From: Sarea resinae
Lineage: Eukaryota
Assembly: GCA_026026165.1 (NCBI GenBank)
Contig: JAPEUD010000036.1
Span: 62,001-126,000 of the forward strand
Length of the DNA stretch: 64,000 nucleotides
Reading direction: 5' to 3'
A model generated the notes under the pieces. The model was not told the DNA's origin, searched no databases, and saw only the letters and a program-made list of their open reading frames with translations. This document shows positions 32,926 to 46,228 of the stretch, in pieces. A program made the position numbers and the translations under genes. Every line of letters begins with the position of its first letter. Positions within the stretch are counted from its first letter, which is position 1.

Positions 32926-35106
32926 GGTAAATAGAGGGTGGATGATTATGATGGTGAGAAACCGGGTAGTTTGTACGGAGTAGACTCGCAGCAGTCACAC
33001 CACTGCACTACCGTATCCTGTTCGTGGTGAACCTTGATGTTCTCTGGGAGCTGGTCACGACGGCTGAAGATCGTGACCGCGGCCGGAATATTCCCGAAAA
33101 GTCTCCTGGTATCGTGCAAAGAGAGCTCGGGTTTGGCGCGCCGGTCAAGAAGCGGGCACGATCATCATATGCGTCTAGAGGAGGTAGTGATGATTGTCGG
33201 GAATGAGAGAGAATCTCGACCGCAAACAATGGCGGTCCGTTAGGCAAGCAGGAATGGAACCAGGGCCAACCTGCAACCTGTCGCGCTGTCGGCCTGACTG
33301 CCAAGTAGGTCTTTCGACCATCCAATAATAATGCAATAACGACTACAGAATGACCAGCATCCGGGACAGCACGAAAGATGATATTTCAGTATGTTAGAGA
33401 GTGAATATAATCCTCTTTGTTTCGAGATCAGTCAGAGGAGTCATAGCAGGAGACGCATTCATAGGTGTGGGTGGGTGGATGGGAAGCGCGCGGCCACCAA
33501 GTCTTCCTACTTCGTAGTATGAAGTACTACGTAAGGTGCTGCCAAGATGACCCTACTCCATTTCTGGGGGGGGGTTGGATGGTGCCTAAAGGGAGCTGGA
33601 GGGAAGTGAGGCAAGCAACCCAACGCATTCGCTCCATACTCATAGTATGGTTTCCACCATCGATCCATCGTACCTTGCTTGCAACCGAGAGACAATCATG
33701 TTCGTCCAGCAGCCCTCGTGATATACTACCTTATATACGCAGTCGCGAGCATCCGATCCGAGCCAAGTAACATCCAGGATGATTATGGACATGTAAGGCC
33801 GTACGATTGATCGAGCTTCTTATATCTACCCTTGGCCTCCCTCCCTATTGACTACCTACTGGTATCTAATGTCCAATGTTCTCCGTGTCAATAATGTGTC
33901 AATAATGTGTCTTCCTCCTGTCCTCTCCCATGTCGCGCAATAGATCTATGCTCCAGTTTTCTACTCATGCTTTGACCACATCATCTTCCGTCCGACGTAA
34001 GATAGACCTGCCCAGCCATGGCCGTCCATTCGGCTCAACAACAGCTCTTTCGCTGTCTAGCTCTCTTGACCTTACTCTCTATCCATACTACGAGTCCTAT
34101 TACTCCGTGCGCCAGGATAGACTACCGCCTACAGAAAGGACCTCGTAAGCACGACTGCAGGATCGTGGATAGCTAACGAACAGGCCTGCCGGATATGATC
34201 CGTTCGGCCAGCCCTGGTAGGAAAGACAATGGATGCAAAAGCAACAAAAGCGCATGAGCGAATTTCCCATCTTCGGACCAATAATAGTTACACCACTTCC
34301 CTCTCTTCCATCACTGTCAATCATGGATCCTCGGCCCCACCACCACCACCGATAACTAAGGTACGGTAAGGTACCACTCCGGCGCCTGAAGCGAGGTAGA
34401 TACCTGAGACAGCAACAGCACCAGGTACAGAGTGCAAGTACCCCCACCATCCATCACAGCGATCCCTATCGTAACCAAGTATGACGTCGCCAGTCCACGC
34501 CCAACACAACACTTTGAGATGCCGTCAGACGTGACAGAACTGGAACTCTTACGCCATTTGCATCCCTAGTGGGGCACCTCCATTGAACCTTCCATCTCTT
34601 CTCTTCAAAAACCTGCATCTTCCATCCTCCAATCCCTCATCTTCACACTTCAAATCTTCCAACATAACAACATAGAGCCCATCATCTCTCAATTGTCCCA
34701 AACAAACATCTCCATCGACATCACATAGAAAAAGGTCAGTTGAAATCGTGGCTTCAATATCTTGCTTCCTTGCTTTTGTTTTGCTCTTATGATACCCCGC
34801 CATTAAAACCATCACTTTTCTTAATCCCCCTCATCTATTTCATCACTCTCTATTCCTCTCTTCGAACGAGCTTCCTGCAACTATCCTATCCACTCCATCA
34901 CCCCCTCATCCAATTCCACCATCTCCCACGCCACGCCTGACTTCACATCTCTCCCTTCCCTCTCCCCATTCCATCCAACTACACTGTCCATCTCCACGCC
35001 TCCCCCCGATCCTGCGACCTTCCCGACCTTCACCAATAAAGCACCCCAGCTAAGACCTCTCTCTCCAGCACCCCCACGCACCCACCCCAAACCACAACCC
35101 GCCAAA

Positions 35107-35334
35107 ATGTCCGCCCCAAACGCCGGCCGTCAATCGCCCGAGCCCGAAACGCAATCGGGCGCCCAGCAGCAAGACCCGCAAGGCAGCGGCCAAGTCGACT
35201 CCGGGTCCTCGAACGCCGCGGCCCAGGAAAGCTCCGACAAGACCAAGCACAAGGGGCTCGAGTCCAACCCCACGGGCGTGCTCGAGCACGCCTCGGAGCA
35301 GAAGACGACCAAGGACGGCAGGGGTGACGTCTAA
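35107..35334 (+). CDS. Small hydrophilic conserved fungal protein (75 aa)
   Basis: CAAAATG start, strong C/G third-position bias, MSAPNAGRQSPEPETQSGAQ...LESNP pattern, long pyrimidine-rich leader. Confidence 0.8.
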   Translation: MSAPNAGRQSPEPETQSGAQQQDPQGSGQVDSGSSNAAAQESSDKTKHKGLESNPTGVLEHASEQKTTKDGRGDV

Positions 35335-36485
35335 GTTTATTCCCTGTCAACGCTTGATCGAGTCGATCGGTCTTGGCTCGACGGAAATGGCGGAGTTAGA
35401 TGGCTGAATGATGGATGAACGGATGATGATGGGGGGGAGCAGACTGGGAGGGATACAGACGTTTCAAAGGCGAAAAATGGGAATGGGCAGGCAGGCACGC
35501 ACACGAGATCCATGAACTTGAAATGCAATGCACTGCGTAGCACTGAGATCGGAAAGAATGGAAGAAATTATGATCAATGGCTTGATCCAACGGGCCATGC
35601 TACATCCATTGTCCGACCTTGACCTCCTCCTCATGCTCGTGCTTATGCTCGTGAACTACAGTGAGATAGTAAAATACGGAGATGACGAAAACTTCTCTCT
35701 CTTGACATGTATACCTCGCTCTTCTTCTCTGCCTCTGCCTTTGCCTCTGCCTCTACTACTGCTGCTGCTTGTCATCACTGTCAAGTAACCCAGCTAGACC
35801 GAATGCATACCTTACAAAGCCTCCCCTCTAACAAATTCTCAAGCCAACTCAATACCCACAAGATGTGACACTTCTAGCGCCACTACGTCGCAGCATGGCT
35901 GTTGCAATCAGACATTCATACACACATGCACATGAAACACTCGTCTGGAAACCACCGTGACAAGAAAATTCCTTCATGATATGATTTTTCTTTTGCGACC
36001 GACGTTTTCTGACTAGCTAGACTAAAAGGTAATCAGACTACCCGACGAGAGACCCCATTCCATTCATTCATTCAGTCATCAAAGATTCAGTTCAGAGGAG
36101 GTGAAAGACCCCGAATCGGCCGGGTCAAGTCAAGCCAGCCGTCATGTCGAAAGCGCTCTCAAGTTTCTCAAATTCATTCATCCATCCCATCATTTCATCT
36201 CGTTGCAGCACAAAAGAAAAAAAGAGAAAAAAAAGAGAAAGAGGACAGGGCTAGCTTTCGCGATCGCAACGCAGTGCAAATCCTTCCTTCCCGTATCGAG
36301 AACTCGGATGTAGATAAAGAGGGTTGAGAAGTCATCATCGATCTCGTTATCCGCAAACCCAGCTCCCTCTACGTAGTCTTTTCACCAAGAGGGGCGACAT
36401 CGGATGAGGCAGCCACGTCGGCGGCAGGACCGGTGGCAGAATGCGACTCAGCTAAACACAACACAAAAACGCATGCGCGCCAGAA

Positions 36486-37537
36486 TCAGCCACTCTTCGC
36501 GCAACCGGCACAGGCACATTTGCCTTCAGCACAGGGACATTCTTTGTTGTCACCGCCGCAACTGCAGACGGACTTTTCGGGGTTTCCGGGAGCTTTGTGG
36601 GGCTCCGCAGCGGTAGAAGAAGAAGGAGAGGACTTGGCGCAATTGGCGCAGGCACATGTGCCGGGGGCACAAGCACACTTCTCAGTAGAAGAACCACACT
36701 TACAGGTAGTCTTGTCATCTGTCCCCGGGACATGCTCAACGTCAGAACGTTTCCCGCTCTTGAGGTCCGCAAGACGGCGTGCTTCAGCGTGGATGTCGCG
36801 GACTTGCTTATCAGACTGGGTGTAGAACTCGCGGACGCGCTGGCCAGTGGGGGTACCGAGAGCTTTCTCAAAGTAAGAGTTCAGGCCGCGCCAACCTGCA
36901 TTGGCTTTATTGGTGAGGCCGTAGCTAGAGTCGAGGCCCTTGACCTTGTCGGTAGCGTGATATTTGGAGTCGAAGTTGGTGAGAGCGGAGGTGAAACGGG
37001 CAGAGATGCCGTGCTTGTTGTCGAGCTCGATAGCATGCTGGATGGCTTGGTCGCTCAGGGCGTAACCATGGGCCAGGTACTCCGCCACGATGCGGGAGCG
37101 AGGCTTATCCTCTTGCTCTACGTCATCGTCGTCCTTGGATTCCTCACCCGAGGAGGTCTTTCCAGGGGCAATGTCGTCAAGGTTGGCAGCACTCGACACT
37201 GAGACTTGAGAGGCGCCAAGGACCGTGTGATCCAAGAGTAATGCAGTCTTTGCAGCACTAGAAATGGTTAGTGACAAGAACATATGATCCGAGAAAAGTC
37301 AAGAACACGAACGTTTCCTTTTCGAATGTGACGGTGGCAGACTTAGGACTATCGGGAGCATCTGCAGTTGGAGTCACAGAAAGCGAAGCAATCTTTCCGC
37401 TGTAAACATGAATGCTGTCAGCGACATCCCCAGTTGCACCTCAATGGCATGAGGCCTTACCAGAAGCTGAAGAAGTCCCTCACTTCCTTCTCGCTCGTCT
37501 GAGGAGCAATGTTCTTGACGTGAACGGTAGTCGACAT
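36486..37537 (-). CDS. vip1: Vip1-like RRM protein with two Cys-rich C-terminal modules
   Basis: Three exons: MSTTVHVKNIAPQTSEKEVRDFFSFC / GKIASLSV..ATVTFEKET / AAKTALLLD..QEDKPRSRIVAEYLAHGY... Confidence 0.85.
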
Positions 37538-37543
37538 GTTGAT

Positions 37544-37634
37544 GGTTGACTTGCGTTCGGACAATTTGATTGAGGCAAAGAAGTTGACGGTTGACTTGCG
37601 TTCGGACTGGTTTGATTGAGGCAAAGAAGTTGAC
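37544..37634. repeat. 45/46-bp tandem duplication in the vip1 5' leader
   Basis: GGTTGACTTGCGTTCGGAC..TTTGATTGAGGCAAAGAAGTTGAC twice. Confidence 0.9.
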
Positions 37635-38618
37635 GTGGCGGGTTTGAGATTGGAGATGTCTGAAGTGAAAAGTAGGTAGGAGTGTGAAGATGGTTGAAAG
37701 TGAAGGTTACCTTATGTAGGTGAAGAAGCAACACGATGTATGGCGGGGTGGTAATAGTGAGACGAGGGGCTTGTGCTTGTACGCTGAGGCGTGGTGTGGC
37801 GTAGATACGTCACCGTCACCGTGTCCCGTCTTCAGCAAAGCAGGATCAAGGGAAGTACCGGCACCTCCAAGGCAACGCGTACTCCGTACATAGTAACGCC
37901 AGGGTCCATGCAAGCGGAGGCACGACCGTGTGGACAGCCGCATGCTGTGAGGTATAGTACTCGAGTACGAAATTACAGGTACCTTCTACTGCGTAGTACA
38001 TGGATACTCAGCCACATGTCCACGCATTGATCTGCAAGTGGAAGCTACCAGCACGTACCAGGGACCTTGCCTTCCAGCCTTGTTTGCATGTGGCATCATC
38101 TGGCCCAAGTATCATCATTCCTTGGGTATCAAGCTCCATTGCCCGGCTCCACGACGAGTAGTAAGCGGATACGGCATCATTTGCGCCGTGCCACAAGTGG
38201 TAAAATTGCAACATGTTACCCTCGCTGAGTCACGCATCTCCTAATCTATTGATCCAAGAAAAATTCGAATTGTGATGCAAGACCAAGTCTTCCATCTCTC
38301 CAACGCTACTCCGTCGATACTCCTTGCCTTACACATGAAAAGAGACCCGAAAAGGAAAGCAAGGTGTAAAGGTAGCATCATGAATTCACCATCAGATTGC
38401 TCAAACGCCTGGGCCTCTCTCTCCAATGGCAAGATGAAAAGAATCCAAATACAAGTCGCGGGGAGAAAAAGACCAAGCGCCACCGTGGAGCCGAAAGCGC
38501 TTCATCGCTGAGACCAGACTGAATGAATGAAAACGAATGACCACATATGAAAGTTTAATAATGTCGAAAACCCCGCGCCGCTGAAAGCTCAATAATCAAA
38601 ATGAAAGTATAGTCAAAG

Positions 38619-41421
38619 TCAAGGTGCTTGGCCATTGTAGTGGCTATGAGAGCTGGCATCCATAATATTCACTTGGTCAGGACGCTTATTGTCCTGAGTG
38701 TTCGGCCAACCGTAGTCATGCGATGGAGGATCAGCAAAGGGGTCTTCCGGAGTCTCGTCGCTGTCTTCCTCCCCATATGGACTAGGAGGTACCGCTCTGA
38801 TCGTCTCCATACTGCGCGCTAATGTGGTGTGCTGGTTTTGTCCTTGGAAGTCTGGCCCCTGCGAGGTTTCATTGGCACGTCCACCACTATTGTCACCCTG
38901 ATCCGATGATTGGGCAGGCCCAGAGTCTTCCACGTGAGACATTTCAGCCTTTTCTTCATCTCCAATCATCGCGGCCAAGCTCCGAAAGTTGAACATTGGC
39001 TCGGTTCCTGCTCCCCCACTCGGCGTTGGGGATCTTACGAACTCTTGACTGGAGCCAGATTTCAGAACGTTGACACCACTCGCGCTGGGAGAAGGCTCGA
39101 AGGATGAATTGGAACCAGTAATCTCGTTCCTGAGAGAAGCCGGACCGGATTCCACGAAAGAAGAAGCCGAAGAAGAGGTGTTGGAAATCTGACGGAGGTG
39201 CGACGGCTTTTGTGCCTCGAGTTTGGAAGGGTGAGATGGCTGTAGAGCTTCATCGAGATGTAGAGGGGCCCTACTCTGCTCTAGGTGTTGCTGGGGAGTG
39301 CTTGTCGGATCTACCGAGGACGTTGCCCGCGACCTAGCGGGGGATGGGGTACTAGATAAGCCCGTCGAAGTTGACTCTTGTGTCGCATTTGCTGGGCGGT
39401 CCACGCTCTTCCCTTTGCCCTCTACTGCGGGTACATCCCCTAAGACATCCCCTGATATTGACGAAGCCCCGCTTCCAACACTTGCAACAGCACCCGAGGC
39501 TATACTCTCAAAGCCGGACGCGCTGTCGTCTGCTCCTCCAGGATACAGGCCTTTCTTTTTCGCCGCTTTCTCCGCCTTCTTGTTTTCCTTCTCCCTCTTC
39601 TTTGCTTCTTTCTTTGCATCCTTGTCCTCTTTCTTCTTTCTCTCCTCCTCGGAAGCTAAGCTCAGTCTGATAGCTTCCATCATCATCATATCTTCCAAGT
39701 CCTCCATCCTGCTCCTGCCCCTTGAACTCACCCTGTCCGGAGGTGCTAACATCGATGGCTGTCCCTCGCCAGAAGCCTCGACCCGGCCTGAAGAGCCACG
39801 ACTTTCACCAGCTGCAAGAAGGAAACCTAGACTGCTAGCTCCGGCGCCTTCGCCCGGCCGCTGGCCCCCTGAACCATTGCTCGGACCTTCGTCGGGGCCG
39901 GTCCTTCTCCTGAGCCCCCCGCGCCGGCCAAAATTGCTCAAGCCACGAGCGTCAGAAGTGCTATTGTTTCCCATCAGATATGCTGCCGTGTGTAGGGCCG
40001 TAGCGGCCGCTGATCGACGAGCAGCATGCGCTCGAGCGTTTGAAAGTTTCTGTGCCCAATCTGGTCTGATCTTATCCGTAGTTATGACGGTTGGTGCGTT
40101 TGCTGAGAGGGAGGTGGTTCTCCTCCTTCCAGTAGTACTTGGTGGCAGCAAGCTTCCAGTCCCAGCAGACGGTGAGATAGATGACGCCGAGGACATCGCT
40201 GACGTTGCATTGCTGCCGGAATTTGTCGAAGGCATATTGGCGAACATTAATCCTCTTCGGAAAGGTGGTGGCTCAAAGGTGATTCCAAACTCAGGTTGAA
40301 CGCAAAATGGACAAGAGGCTGGCTCCGAAACCAAGCCTCCTTCTTCGTCAGGAGATGGGGTCTCGGAATTTTGATTGGCGACGGCAGCGGGAGATTGGGG
40401 TTCACTGTGCTCCGGAGGATGAGGATCGGGCCTCTTGATCTGGACGAAGCATTCGGAGCAGATGGGCTGATCGCAACACCGAGTTTTGTTCAAAAAAGGC
40501 GGGTAGTATAGAAAACAGATAGGACACTCGATTGCATCTTTGTACAGGTATGCCTCAATGGGTTGTCCATTGACATTGGGGTCTTTCGGTATTTGAATTT
40601 CCCGTGGAGCCATGTCAGCCGAGGAGTTATTCTTCGAGGTCGTCAATGACGCTAGTGTCTTTGCCCGTCCTCGGAATAAAGGCGAATTGGAAGGTGGAAC
40701 AACAGAAGGGAGGGACGACGCTGGCTGTGATGCTGTCTGATTCTGAAGATTGCCGGATTTGTGTGCCTGTGATGGGGAATTTATGGGTACACCTAGAGTG
40801 TTAGAGTGCGGTTCTGATGTCTGCGGATCCGAGGAAGCGGTCTTATGTGGAGAATCATCTGGGGGAATCTCATCTGCGGCTGGGATCGGCAAGCCTCTCA
40901 CGGCAGCTACGAGTTGATGTTCAGTCCAAGATTCCGAATGATCGTTCAATCCTTTCCAAAACGGGGCGATACGTCGTTCGACCTATCCAATGTGAGCCCA
41001 ACCCAGACGGAAATCAAGTCAGCCATACCATTAGCTGGCGAACAACAGATTTGTTGAAATCTTCTGTGCCAGTGTAAACGCCCTGGGTGACTAAAAAGCC
41101 ACCATCCACACTCTCCTCCCGCATACTCCTTTCTCTCTCCTTTTCCCTCGCGGCTTTCTCCTTCGCCGCTCGTCTTGCCTCCCGTTCCTGTTTCGTCTCC
41201 CTCCGTGCCTCCAATTCTGCCGTATCTCTGTCGGATCCTCCGCCCAACCCGAGAAAAGACAGATCCGGTCGGCTACCCCGTCTATGCTGGTTATATATCG
41301 GTGCGGATGAGGACCCGCTCGGTCCTGCCGATGTCGATGAACTTGCATGCCGTGCATTGTGGGATCGTGATTGTGACGTCGACTGCGAAGGCCGTGATTC
41401 TTTGGTTGAAGTGTTTCCCAT
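38619..41421 (-). CDS. SIP5: Sip5 family protein (Snf1/Reg1-Glc7 interacting, RING-like Cys cluster)
   Basis: MGNTSTKE start; [12 protein letters not shown], intron 41028-40983, [59 protein letters not shown]. Confidence 0.92.
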
Positions 41422-42599
41422 CTCGACGTTGGACACTGCCGGCCGGAGTCGGCGGAAGACGCGGATAGAGGTTGAAAGATACAGAAAGGTCGTCCGGAAT
41501 ACCAGAGAGATGGACGGCAGCGATATCCAGTCGCCGTCTGGCCCCAGAGGCGGTAGAGAATCGCAATAATCTCCGGCTCGATCGCACGCAGATATGTCGG
41601 ACTTGGCTGCTCGCAGGCGTGGGGTTGGATTTTAGTCACAAGCGATCTAGACGGACCGTAACAGCTCCAGGACCCTGGACATCAGGTCATGCGACGAAGA
41701 CCCAAGGAAGGTCTAGGATCGATATGATGATAATCGACGACGGGCTGGTGGTTGCAGGAGAGACAGATGGAGTCGAGCATCGACACTGGCCCTCACAGGA
41801 CGTTAGGATGGATGAGGCCGAAGTGTGACGAGCAAGCAAGTAGAGTAGGTAAGGTAGGTAAGGCGAGCAAGTTGAGGCGTCGGGATTAGGATACCTGGGA
41901 GTGTCCGTGAGGTACGAGGAGAGTGGAATAGGCAAGGACCTCACGGGCATATGCAAGATACAATCGTTCGTGTTGTCGAATCTTACTCGTATGGGAGACT
42001 GGGCTTGCCTGGCTTGCCTTGCCCAACTAAGGGAACTACCTTGATCTAGCTGGGACGACCTTACGTAGTATTACCTTATGTATGACATAGCTCGAGCCCT
42101 CTTGTCTCTTTCGGGGTGCAGCTGCGTCAGGAGCCCGCGAGACGAGAGAGGGGGGCAGGAGGCGAACGGCAACAGAGAGGCGAGGGGTTTTGACAACAAC
42201 CTGGAAAGGGTACTCTACAGAGCACTTACCTTAGTCATCAAGTTGTCTTCGGCATCATACATCAGGTACTTCGTACTTGTACTTGCATCGCAGTGGCCAG
42301 ATTTGAGGGTTCAATGTTATTACAGGGCGGTGCACATGCTTGGTAGACCTTTTGTACGATCTCGACCAATTCTACTCCCGTACATTCACATCACCCACAT
42401 ATTGATCCGCGTTTGCATTGATCATCTTCCGGAGAAATGCTTCTACACAAGATATCTAGTCTTGCCACAAGGGTCGCCCCATCTCTATTGTTACAATGCC
42501 CGACGTATCTCGGTACGGCAGGAAACCAAAGAACTCCGCTCTTTGCAGATCCGAATGCTAGCGGTTCTGAAAGCATCTGCTGATGCCCCTGCACTCTCT

Positions 42600-43850
42600 C
42601 TAAACCTCATCGGCTAGGGACAATATTTTCTCGGTCGGCGAAGCAGCTGGCGTAGGTAATGGAGCAGGCACGATGGGTGGCAACTTCCGGACATTGACAA
42701 ACCCTGGAGCGGGACTGGGCCACGCAAAGTCAACCCAGGTGCCAATGGCCTTCTGCACCCCCTCCGCTAGGTTCTGCACCTCTTTTTGTCGATTCAGACT
42801 CCACTCATGATCACTCGCCCACTTTGCAGCCTCGATATCTCTTTCTCTGCCAACCTCGAGGCCATCGAGTATGCTTCTCCATACCCGCATCGTTTGCGTC
42901 AGCTCCTCCAAAGTACTAACACCAATGACGCTAATGCCCAACTTTTGGCCTCCGACGTCCTCGATCTTCTCGCGCCTCAAAGGGACACCAGATGCCGGAT
43001 CACCGAGAGAGCCAACGGAAGCGCCAGCCCTAATCCATGTTTCGAGTGCGAAACGAATGGCAATGACTTCTAGTTTCTCGCCGTGCGCATCACAATATTG
43101 GCTGGCATTCCGCACAGCGGCCCGAAGGTCGTTGTTAGCCGGATGGAAGTCCCCCTGACCTCCTACTGGTACGCCATCTCTGCGTAAGAGGCCCATTCCA
43201 AGGGGTGATGCATTGGGGACAACGTCGACGCCCGCAGACTTCAGTCTCGCGACGCCTTCAGAGCCAAGCGTCGTATTTTGTAGAGTATGGTTGGCGTAGG
43301 ACATGACCGCATCCAATGGCTCGCCCGTCTCGCGGAGGACCAGCTCGGCAAGCTCGCACAGCACGTCAATTGGATATCCTGATATTCCAACATATTTAAT
43401 TATTTCAGATTCGGTGCGAATTCGTCGCAGCTCCTTGACTGCGTTCAAAACCTCCTCTGCTGAGACAAATTCCACGTCATGACAGTAGACAACGTCAAGA
43501 TAGTCGGTCCTCAATCGCTCTAGGCTCCGTTGGACGCTTTGTCGAATCCATGGAGGCGAGTAGTCAAACTCTGACTCTGCGATCCGCCCGACTTTGGTGA
43601 TGAGAAAATAGTTTTCGCGCTGGAAATTGTCTCGCACTATAGGCGTATCCAAAGCTTTCCCGAGGAGTTCTTCTGCTGGGCCATAGTATGGCGACGTATC
43701 AAATGCCCGAATTCCGAGTGAGAGAGCTTTGTGCACTATGCCTGTGGTAGGAAGAGCATAGGGATCCCTATTGTATAGGGAGTTGAAGGTTGCAGTACCA
43801 CAAACGAGAGGAGGCAGGACTGAGGATAAGGGAGCAGAGCTAGGGGCCAT
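42600..43850 (-). CDS. Aldo-keto reductase, D-arabinose/L-galactose dehydrogenase (Ara2-like)
   Basis: FDTSPYYG, ITKVGR, SLERLRTDYLDVVYCHDVEF, YVGISGYP. Confidence 0.9.
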   Translation of the reverse strand: MAPSSAPLSSVLPPLVCGTATFNSLYNRDPYALPTTGIVHKALSLGIRAFDTSPYYGPAEELLGKALDTPIVRDNFQRENYFLITKVGRIAESEFDYSPPWIRQSVQRSLERLRTDYLDVVYCHDVEFVSAEEVLNAVKELRRIRTESEIIKYVGISGYPIDVLCELAELVLRETGEPLDAVMSYANHTLQNTTLGSEGVARLKSAGVDVVPNASPLGMGLLRRDGVPVGGQGDFHPANNDLRAAVRNASQYCDAHGEKLEVIAIRFALETWIRAGASVGSLGDPASGVPLRREKIEDVGGQKLGISVIGVSTLEELTQTMRVWRSILDGLEVGRERDIEAAKWASDHEWSLNRQKEVQNLAEGVQKAIGTWVDFAWPSPAPGFVNVRKLPPIVPAPLPTPAASPTEKILSLADEV

Positions 43851-45713
43851 TTCGTAGATGTTTATCAGACGTATGGAGAGGATGCTGGATTAATGATCGA
43901 CGTTCAACAGGCGAGAGTTGTCTACCAAGGACAGTGATATAGTGATAACACAACAGCTGATGACGCATACACTTCTACCTGATAGGAAGACCGTCCATTT
44001 TGGGTCGTGTAAAATCTCGATGCAAGTAAGGGTCTCAACAGTGGAAGATCTGGGAGCGGTGAGCAGCTAGTGATTAATAAATGATTAGAGATGTGGGTTG
44101 AATTTCTTTATCAGATTTCACCGAGGGTTTGGTAATCGGACGTTAGTGTTTAGTGCTTCCGTCTTAGCGATGGCGCAATCTGCAGTGATGACTTCAGCAT
44201 TCAGGGAACGAAGACTGGGTGTCCTGGATCGCCTTGGCCTTGCTTGCCTCAGACGGGGTAAGTCCTGGGCGGTCGTGTTGCGAAACCGAGGGTCTAGGGC
44301 TATCTAGCCTGCCCTCGATGTCGCTCTAAGTTGCTAATACTTGGATGCCTCAGGGGACCCCCATCGGGCGGAGGACCGATCGCCGAGATGAAGGCGAAGA
44401 GGGTCTGACGAAGTCGGAGAGGGTCACAGCGATACTCGGGAGACATACTCGGACATAGAAGAAGTAGGTGATAAGGAGGTAAGGATGTGAAGGTGCTTTG
44501 TAGTCGAACATGTCGTCGACATCAATGGTTTTCTGTGCACTTCCTTCTTTCGCTTAGGAGGCCGAGTCACCTTTTGATATGTCGAGCGATGGAAGAAGAA
44601 GAAGAGGCTGAGGGGCCCTGCAGTAGAACCCCGACCCAGCGTAGAGATGCCAATCAATCATCACTTCCTCCTGTATCCATGGGATCCAACACCTTCCTCT
44701 GAGGGATGGGATCTGCCCCCCAGCATGCATGATTTTCCACTGAGGTGGTCAGCGAGGCTGTCAGCCAAACACATCGTGGTCTCGCGACACGCTTTGTGAT
44801 TCGGCTTCTAGAAGTACCTAGTTACACACAGATAGGTATGCTGCTGCAGTCGATGATGCTGTAAAATCGACGAAAGGACACGAAGATCATGGAAGGCCGC
44901 GTATCTGTACTCCGGAGTAGGTGATCGAGGCTTGCCTCACGAGCGAGCTACTACTAAGTACTCCAGCTACGAGTCCCTATGGGATGGTACCTCGTATTCT
45001 TGGCCACGATCAACCATGTGTGCTCCAATCAAGATCCAGGAACAGAGCCCTGGGATGAATACGGGAGTACGAAGTACGAAGATCGCCTATGAATCGCAAG
45101 CTGTTCTCAATATCTTACCGGCAAATTACCGTAGTAAGCACGAAGACGGAATTGGACCAAGGTTGATTGATGAAAGCGAACGCTTTGTTTACGCCTTCGG
45201 CCAAGCACACAGAGACGTTGCGAGTCGAGGCATTTCTTTTTAGCATCGTTGACTGCGTTCTTTGACGGATGAAAATCCGCGTGCTATCTCTGTAGAGCCC
45301 CTGTAAATCCACGACTCTAATAGTACATATGGCAAGAAATAATGTACAAGATTCTCTAATCAGTCTCAGGCACAAGCAGAGACGGAGACAAGAAAGATGA
45401 AGAGAGATGCGAGTTCGAGTCATCCAGAATGCTTCCCAGCCCATCGTCAAGTCATCTCATCCTCAGTTCGGTGGCAGGAAGGTAGGATCACGGAGAGGTC
45501 TGGGCCCGGCTATGACATCGAGAATAGAAGGGTGTGAGGTCGAGTTTGAGATACCGAACGCCATGCTAATGCTCCAACAGCAATAGATCATACACCACCG
45601 AGACGGTCGAAACCAAAGGAAAAGACAGCCGCAGTGAAGGCCGCCACGTATTGTTGGGGGTATCGGAAGGAAAGGTTTGGAGCTGCCGAAGTCCTGCCCA
45701 TATCGCCTCATCT

Positions 45714-46228
45714 CTACCGCTCTTTATACACCTTCGGTTTCCATCCCTCATTCAGCTCCGATTCCCGCTCAGCCGCCCTTTCTGCCTGACCGACTTCCAT
45801 CTCTATTCGTTCCCTCGCGCGCAGGATTTTACTCTGCAGATAGAAACTGCCTCCTTTCTTCGGTTCGTTTATATCGAATAGTTTTTTGAATCTCGCCATG
45901 ACATCCTCCATATTCATCTTGCCACCCTGAGGCGGCTTGACGTTGAGGATCTTGCAAGCCTCATCCAGCGTCAGACCCGAGGCGGCAAGGTTGTTGACAC
46001 CGCCTGGGTTGTTTTTTGCGGCTTGAGCGGCGTACTTTTGCGATGCCGACGCTTGTCGATATGCTTCTGCGAATGCACGCCCAAGTACTCGAGAGCCGGT
46101 GATGACAACTTGTGTGATGATCCGGTGCGCCTAGAAAGAGTCAGCTTGGCTTTTCAATTATGACCGCCACTGAACCGAGCAATCCCGACGTGGAGCTGTG
46201 GCAAGATCAGGACAGCGCAAATTACCAT
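45714..46228 (-). CDS. PAM16: Mitochondrial import motor subunit Pam16/Tim16
   Basis: ATG exon 46228-46226, intron 46225-46131, AHRIITQVVITGSRVLGRAFAEAYRQA...LTLDEACKILNV...GGSFYLQSKILRARERI. Confidence 0.95.

Noticed and set aside
39298..40299. 333-aa plus-strand ORF (likewise 17473-18279, 36597-37202, 48528-49142, 1009-1557)
   Set aside because: Antisense or alternative-frame shadows of well-supported genes.
44067..44448. TPP riboswitch or snoRNA in the long leader intron
   Set aside because: No TPP aptamer core or convincing C/D pair; H/ACA-like words present but hairpins weak.
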